Below are positions 35,019 through 37,747 of a stretch of 37,747 nucleotides of DNA, piece by piece (the first letter of the stretch is position 1; the number at the start of each line of letters is the position of its first letter). The stretch spans positions 1 to 37,747 of the IMG/VR virus record IMGVR_UViG_3300009426_001061; one strand, given 5' to 3'. The DNA is from a virus (taxonomy: Duplodnaviria; Caudoviricetes). Position numbers and translations under genes: made by a program. The notes beneath the pieces are model-generated. The model ran no database searches, was not told where the DNA came from, and worked only from the letters and a program-made list of their open reading frames with translations.

Positions 35019-35611
35019 ATATTAATTAGCAATAAGCTTTTGTCTTTATTTATTGGGCATCCTCCATCACTGTATTTAGCTTCTACATTAAGGTTAAATG
35101 GTTCCTTTTCAAGGTTTATTCTTCTCCATTGTTTGTCGGGACCAGAACCAAGATCTAAATTTTTTTTGTGGTCTGTATATGAAGTGACCAATAAGAATTT
35201 GGCTCCAGATTTTTTTATATTTTGTATCGAACATTTTATATGATCATTAGATAAATGACTAAATAGATCCCTTACTAAAACTAAATCGCACCTTGGTAAA
35301 TCATCAGAAGTTATATCCAAACACCTAAAGTCAACACTATTGTATTTTAATGAATTGGATTCAATTAACTCAGACACAATATCTATGCCTATGTATTTGC
35401 ATTGCAATTTTATTTCCTTCATGTAATTGTAATCGCCACACGGAGCGTCTAAAATAGAGCATATTTTGTATTTTTTGATTATTTCAGGAATTTGTTTTAT
35501 AATTAATTCTGTTTGTCTTAATTCGCTGCCCTTGCCGCTTCTGCTTTCCCTGCTTCCCCAAAGATTTGTTGTAAAAACTTTTTTAAATCTGTTCTTTAAT
35601 GATTCGTTCAT
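35015..35611 (-). CDS. Class I SAM-dependent methyltransferase
   Basis: WGSRESRSGKGS, ILDAPCGD, YIGIDIV, DLVLVRDLFSHL, WRRINLEKEPFN. Start moved to ATG 35611. Confidence 0.88.
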   Translation of the reverse strand: MNESLKNRFKKVFTTNLWGSRESRSGKGSELRQTELIIKQIPEIIKKYKICSILDAPCGDYNYMKEIKLQCKYIGIDIVSELIESNSLKYNSVDFRCLDITSDDLPRCDLVLVRDLFSHLSNDHIKCSIQNIKKSGAKFLLVTSYTDHKKNLDLGSGPDKQWRRINLEKEPFNLNVEAKYSDGGCPINKDKSLLLINI

Positions 35612-35612
35612 T

Positions 35613-36230
35613 TTAATACTTAATTGTGCCTTGTTGCCAAGGTCTTGGTGGGCCATGAAAATGTACAATACTGTGCGTGTCTGGTTTAAATTTTTGCCCA
35701 AAGTTTAAATCAATTTTGAACGAAACCAACCTCTCCTCGCTTTTTGTGTGGCTTTGTATACCTTTAGGTTTAGATTCTTTCAAAATAAAGCCTTGATCAC
35801 CTTCTTTTTTACCCCAAGCAGAATTGATGTAACTATGTGGGTCTTTTTTAAATTTTTCATAAATATATTTAGCATTACCATCCCAATACATAATTGAAGA
35901 ACTAAATATATCCCGCCAGTGAATATCAAGCATAGCAAAACCAACACCCTCAAGATCTTTTACTATATCTGAGATATCTCCGCAAATTATATTGTCTAAA
36001 TCAAAAAACAAACAAGGACCCTCTTGTCTAAAAACCTCAATTTTAGACCACCAACCAGGCCAGTTGTGATCAAGTTTTATGGTGTTACAGTCCAAATCTA
36101 AATCCGTAAAGCAATAAAATGAAAAATCAATATCTTTAATGTGTTCTTCACACATTTCTTTAATCTTATAAACGTGTTCTGGATAGAAGTCTCCACCGCT
36201 TTTTAGTACTGTTAGTATTTTTAATTTCAT
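35613..36230 (-). CDS. GT-A-fold glycosyltransferase (GT8-like)
   Basis: FYCFTD, WWSKIEVF, LFFDLD (DxD), SSIM, GDQGFI, IVHFHGPPRPW. Confidence 0.8.
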   Translation of the reverse strand: MKLKILTVLKSGGDFYPEHVYKIKEMCEEHIKDIDFSFYCFTDLDLDCNTIKLDHNWPGWWSKIEVFRQEGPCLFFDLDNIICGDISDIVKDLEGVGFAMLDIHWRDIFSSSIMYWDGNAKYIYEKFKKDPHSYINSAWGKKEGDQGFILKESKPKGIQSHTKSEERLVSFKIDLNFGQKFKPDTHSIVHFHGPPRPWQQGTIKY

Positions 36231-36829
36231 GGAATAAATTCTTTAAAAAGGTGTTTAAGGCCAATGGGTTTAAAAACCTCTATGTCTAAATCTGGAAAAG
36301 ACTCCTTAAATCTACCCCATCTATATATTAGGTTGGTTATTTTGTATCCGTTGTGTTCGTTTTCTTCTCCAGCTCTTATGTTGTTTGTAACATCGCAACC
36401 AACCATTATGATCTTGCCAGCGCCGCAAAGCCGAGCAAACTGCAAACAAGAAAAAATAACAGAATAAAATTCTGTAAAATCTTCACCAAGTAAATATTTT
36501 ATGGCACCACCGTCTATCACATCTCTTGGTGTAAGAGAATGTCCGTGAAGCTTCCCATTACTAAAACAGGATACACCATAAAGTTTTGCTATTGATGGTT
36601 TGTATTCATCGTACTTTTTCTTAAATCGGCAATAACCATTCTCACTCCCAGTAACTAATCCAGAATCTTGTATGAGATAATAATCAAGATCTGGCTTGTG
36701 CATAAACACTGTATTGCAACCGACCTTAATGGCATCTTTACAAAAAGAATCGTCCCACTCTAATAGTGTTGGCCCAGAACCAAAAATTACAAATGTCTTG
36801 CCTTTATGTTTGTCTTTAAAATCTTTCAT
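36227..36829 (-). CDS. Maf/DUF115/sialyltransferase-like putative glycosyltransferase
   Basis: FKDKHKGKTFVIFGSGPTL, VGCN, PDLDYY, LQFARLCGAGKIIMVGCD. Confidence 0.7.
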   Translation of the reverse strand: MKDFKDKHKGKTFVIFGSGPTLLEWDDSFCKDAIKVGCNTVFMHKPDLDYYLIQDSGLVTGSENGYCRFKKKYDEYKPSIAKLYGVSCFSNGKLHGHSLTPRDVIDGGAIKYLLGEDFTEFYSVIFSCLQFARLCGAGKIIMVGCDVTNNIRAGEENEHNGYKITNLIYRWGRFKESFPDLDIEVFKPIGLKHLFKEFIP

Positions 36830-36831
36830 TT

Positions 36832-37575
36832 TTATTTATGGATAAAATATACGTCGTTCCTATCTTCTTGATAACTCTTAAACTCACTGCAAACTGGTTC
36901 TCCTAAAATAAATTTATCATCAAAGTGAGAGCGTAATAGATATTGAGGAATCCACATATCAAAATTAATGTCAAAGTTTCCGAGTGGTTCTCTTATCTTA
37001 CAATACTCGTTGTAAAATTTTTTCATGGATTCGAAACTTCCGCCGCCTACACCCACATTTATTAAATCCCACCTGTTTTGATTCAGAGAAAATTTTATCA
37101 AGTCTTGAAAAGAAAATGCTTTATGCCATTGCAAATATGGGAATTGGCATAGTTTTATGCTGTCCTTACAAAAAAAATAAGAGTGTTCTGGGAAGTTTTT
37201 TAGTAGCTGTTCTGGATTTTTAACAACTACAACGTCAGATACATCTGTGTGGAAAACACAGTCAAAATGATTCTTCTCCAAGAAGTCTTTAAAACAAAAA
37301 AATCTATAGTCCTGATTGTTGTGATGATTTACCTCTGTGCGTATAAATTTTATCTTGTCTGTTTGGTACTTTTTTACCTTGTCTTCAGAGAGGTTGTCGT
37401 GAAAAAGAACAGCGTTTAGGTTGTTTTTATGTATTGAGTTATACCATTTTTCGATATAAGAAAAATCATCATTTAAAACGTGGCCATTAGGCAACCTTCC
37501 TATAACATGATGGTCGTTAGCCTCGTTTGAATGTCTTTTTTTAGAAAAATAAGCCCCAAGTATTACAGTAGACAT
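36832..37575 (-). CDS. Putative GT-A-fold glycosyltransferase
   Basis: WYNSI, VLFHD, DYRF, FHTDVSDV...KNP, INVGVGGG, FDM, YFIHK. Confidence 0.65.
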   Translation of the reverse strand: MSTVILGAYFSKKRHSNEANDHHVIGRLPNGHVLNDDFSYIEKWYNSIHKNNLNAVLFHDNLSEDKVKKYQTDKIKFIRTEVNHHNNQDYRFFCFKDFLEKNHFDCVFHTDVSDVVVVKNPEQLLKNFPEHSYFFCKDSIKLCQFPYLQWHKAFSFQDLIKFSLNQNRWDLINVGVGGGSFESMKKFYNEYCKIREPLGNFDINFDMWIPQYLLRSHFDDKFILGEPVCSEFKSYQEDRNDVYFIHK

Positions 37576-37580
37576 GTTAT

Positions 37581-37608
37581 ATTATATACAACACGTAGAA
37601 TTATTCAA
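37581..37608 (-). promoter_or_regulatory. Sigma70-like promoter, probably leaderless, heading the glycan cluster
   Basis: TTGAAT-N16-TATAAT, 5 nt before ATG 37575. Confidence 0.65.
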
Positions 37609-37747
37609 CTTTTTCGTCAGGGTATATTAATTTAGAAACATCTGGATCAATTTTGAAGATCTCATCGTATTCAGTAAATGAGCTTTCGTCCCAATACCAT
37701 TGAGTAACAACTTCATTGTCGTCCCACTCTACTGCGTCTGATGAAAT
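37601..37747 (-). CDS. 3' end of an acidic hypothetical protein (partial)
   Basis: Open frame ISSDAVEWDDNEVVTQWYWDESSFTEYDEIFKIDPDVSKLIYPDEKVE* entering from the window edge. Confidence 0.65.
   Translation of the reverse strand: MSSDAVEWDDNEVVTQWYWDESSFTEYDEIFKIDPDVSKLIYPDEKVE

Noticed and set aside
33165-35611. DNA methyltransferases of a restriction-modification system
   Set aside because: No DPPY/NPPY or PC catalytic motifs; the motifs and neighbours indicate small-molecule or glycan methyltransferases.
1630-37223. Many short antisense or off-frame ORFs (e.g. 2199, 11687, 17384, 22202, 26300, 28295, 30785)
   Set aside because: They lie mostly within well-supported genes and show no motifs or initiation context.
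1-37747. Stop-codon reassignment explaining the split genes
   Set aside because: Long conserved genes are intact under the standard code, and the splits involve frame changes with coupled ATGs rather than in-frame stops.

Overview
AT-rich, densely coded fragment of a large tailed-phage (Caudoviricetes) genome; no rRNA, tRNA, CRISPR array, integrase or transposase is visible. Left end (1-4055, minus): putative virion-surface genes, including two genes sharing an N-terminal MAQN module (one with a 48-bp/16-aa tandem repeat, one with BspA-type LRRs) and an internally deleted sulfotransferase. 4162-10849 (the only plus-strand block): lambda-like tail-tip genes L, K, I and a J gene split into two ORFs, followed by a GT-A-like gene. 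10864-29826 (minus): GNAT, putative single-strand annealing protein, a GT4 fusion plus a GT9-like enzyme split over two genes, a Whirly-like protein, a pseudokinase-FN3 fusion, an Sm/Hfq-like protein, a ClpA/C-type unfoldase, a three-gene family-C polymerase (PHP / DEDDh exonuclease / DnaE core), PD-(D/E)XK nucleases, DnaG, DnaB and RecA. 29836-37747 (minus): a glycan cluster (gmd, glycosyltransferases, three sulfotransferases, three methyltransferases) whose genes are bounded by short direct repeats, including a duplicated 62-bp promoter/start unit. The best candidates for undescribed biology are this repeat-bounded sulfated/methylated glycan system and the recurring split or domain-shuffled genes. 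All family calls come from reading motifs by eye, not from database searches.
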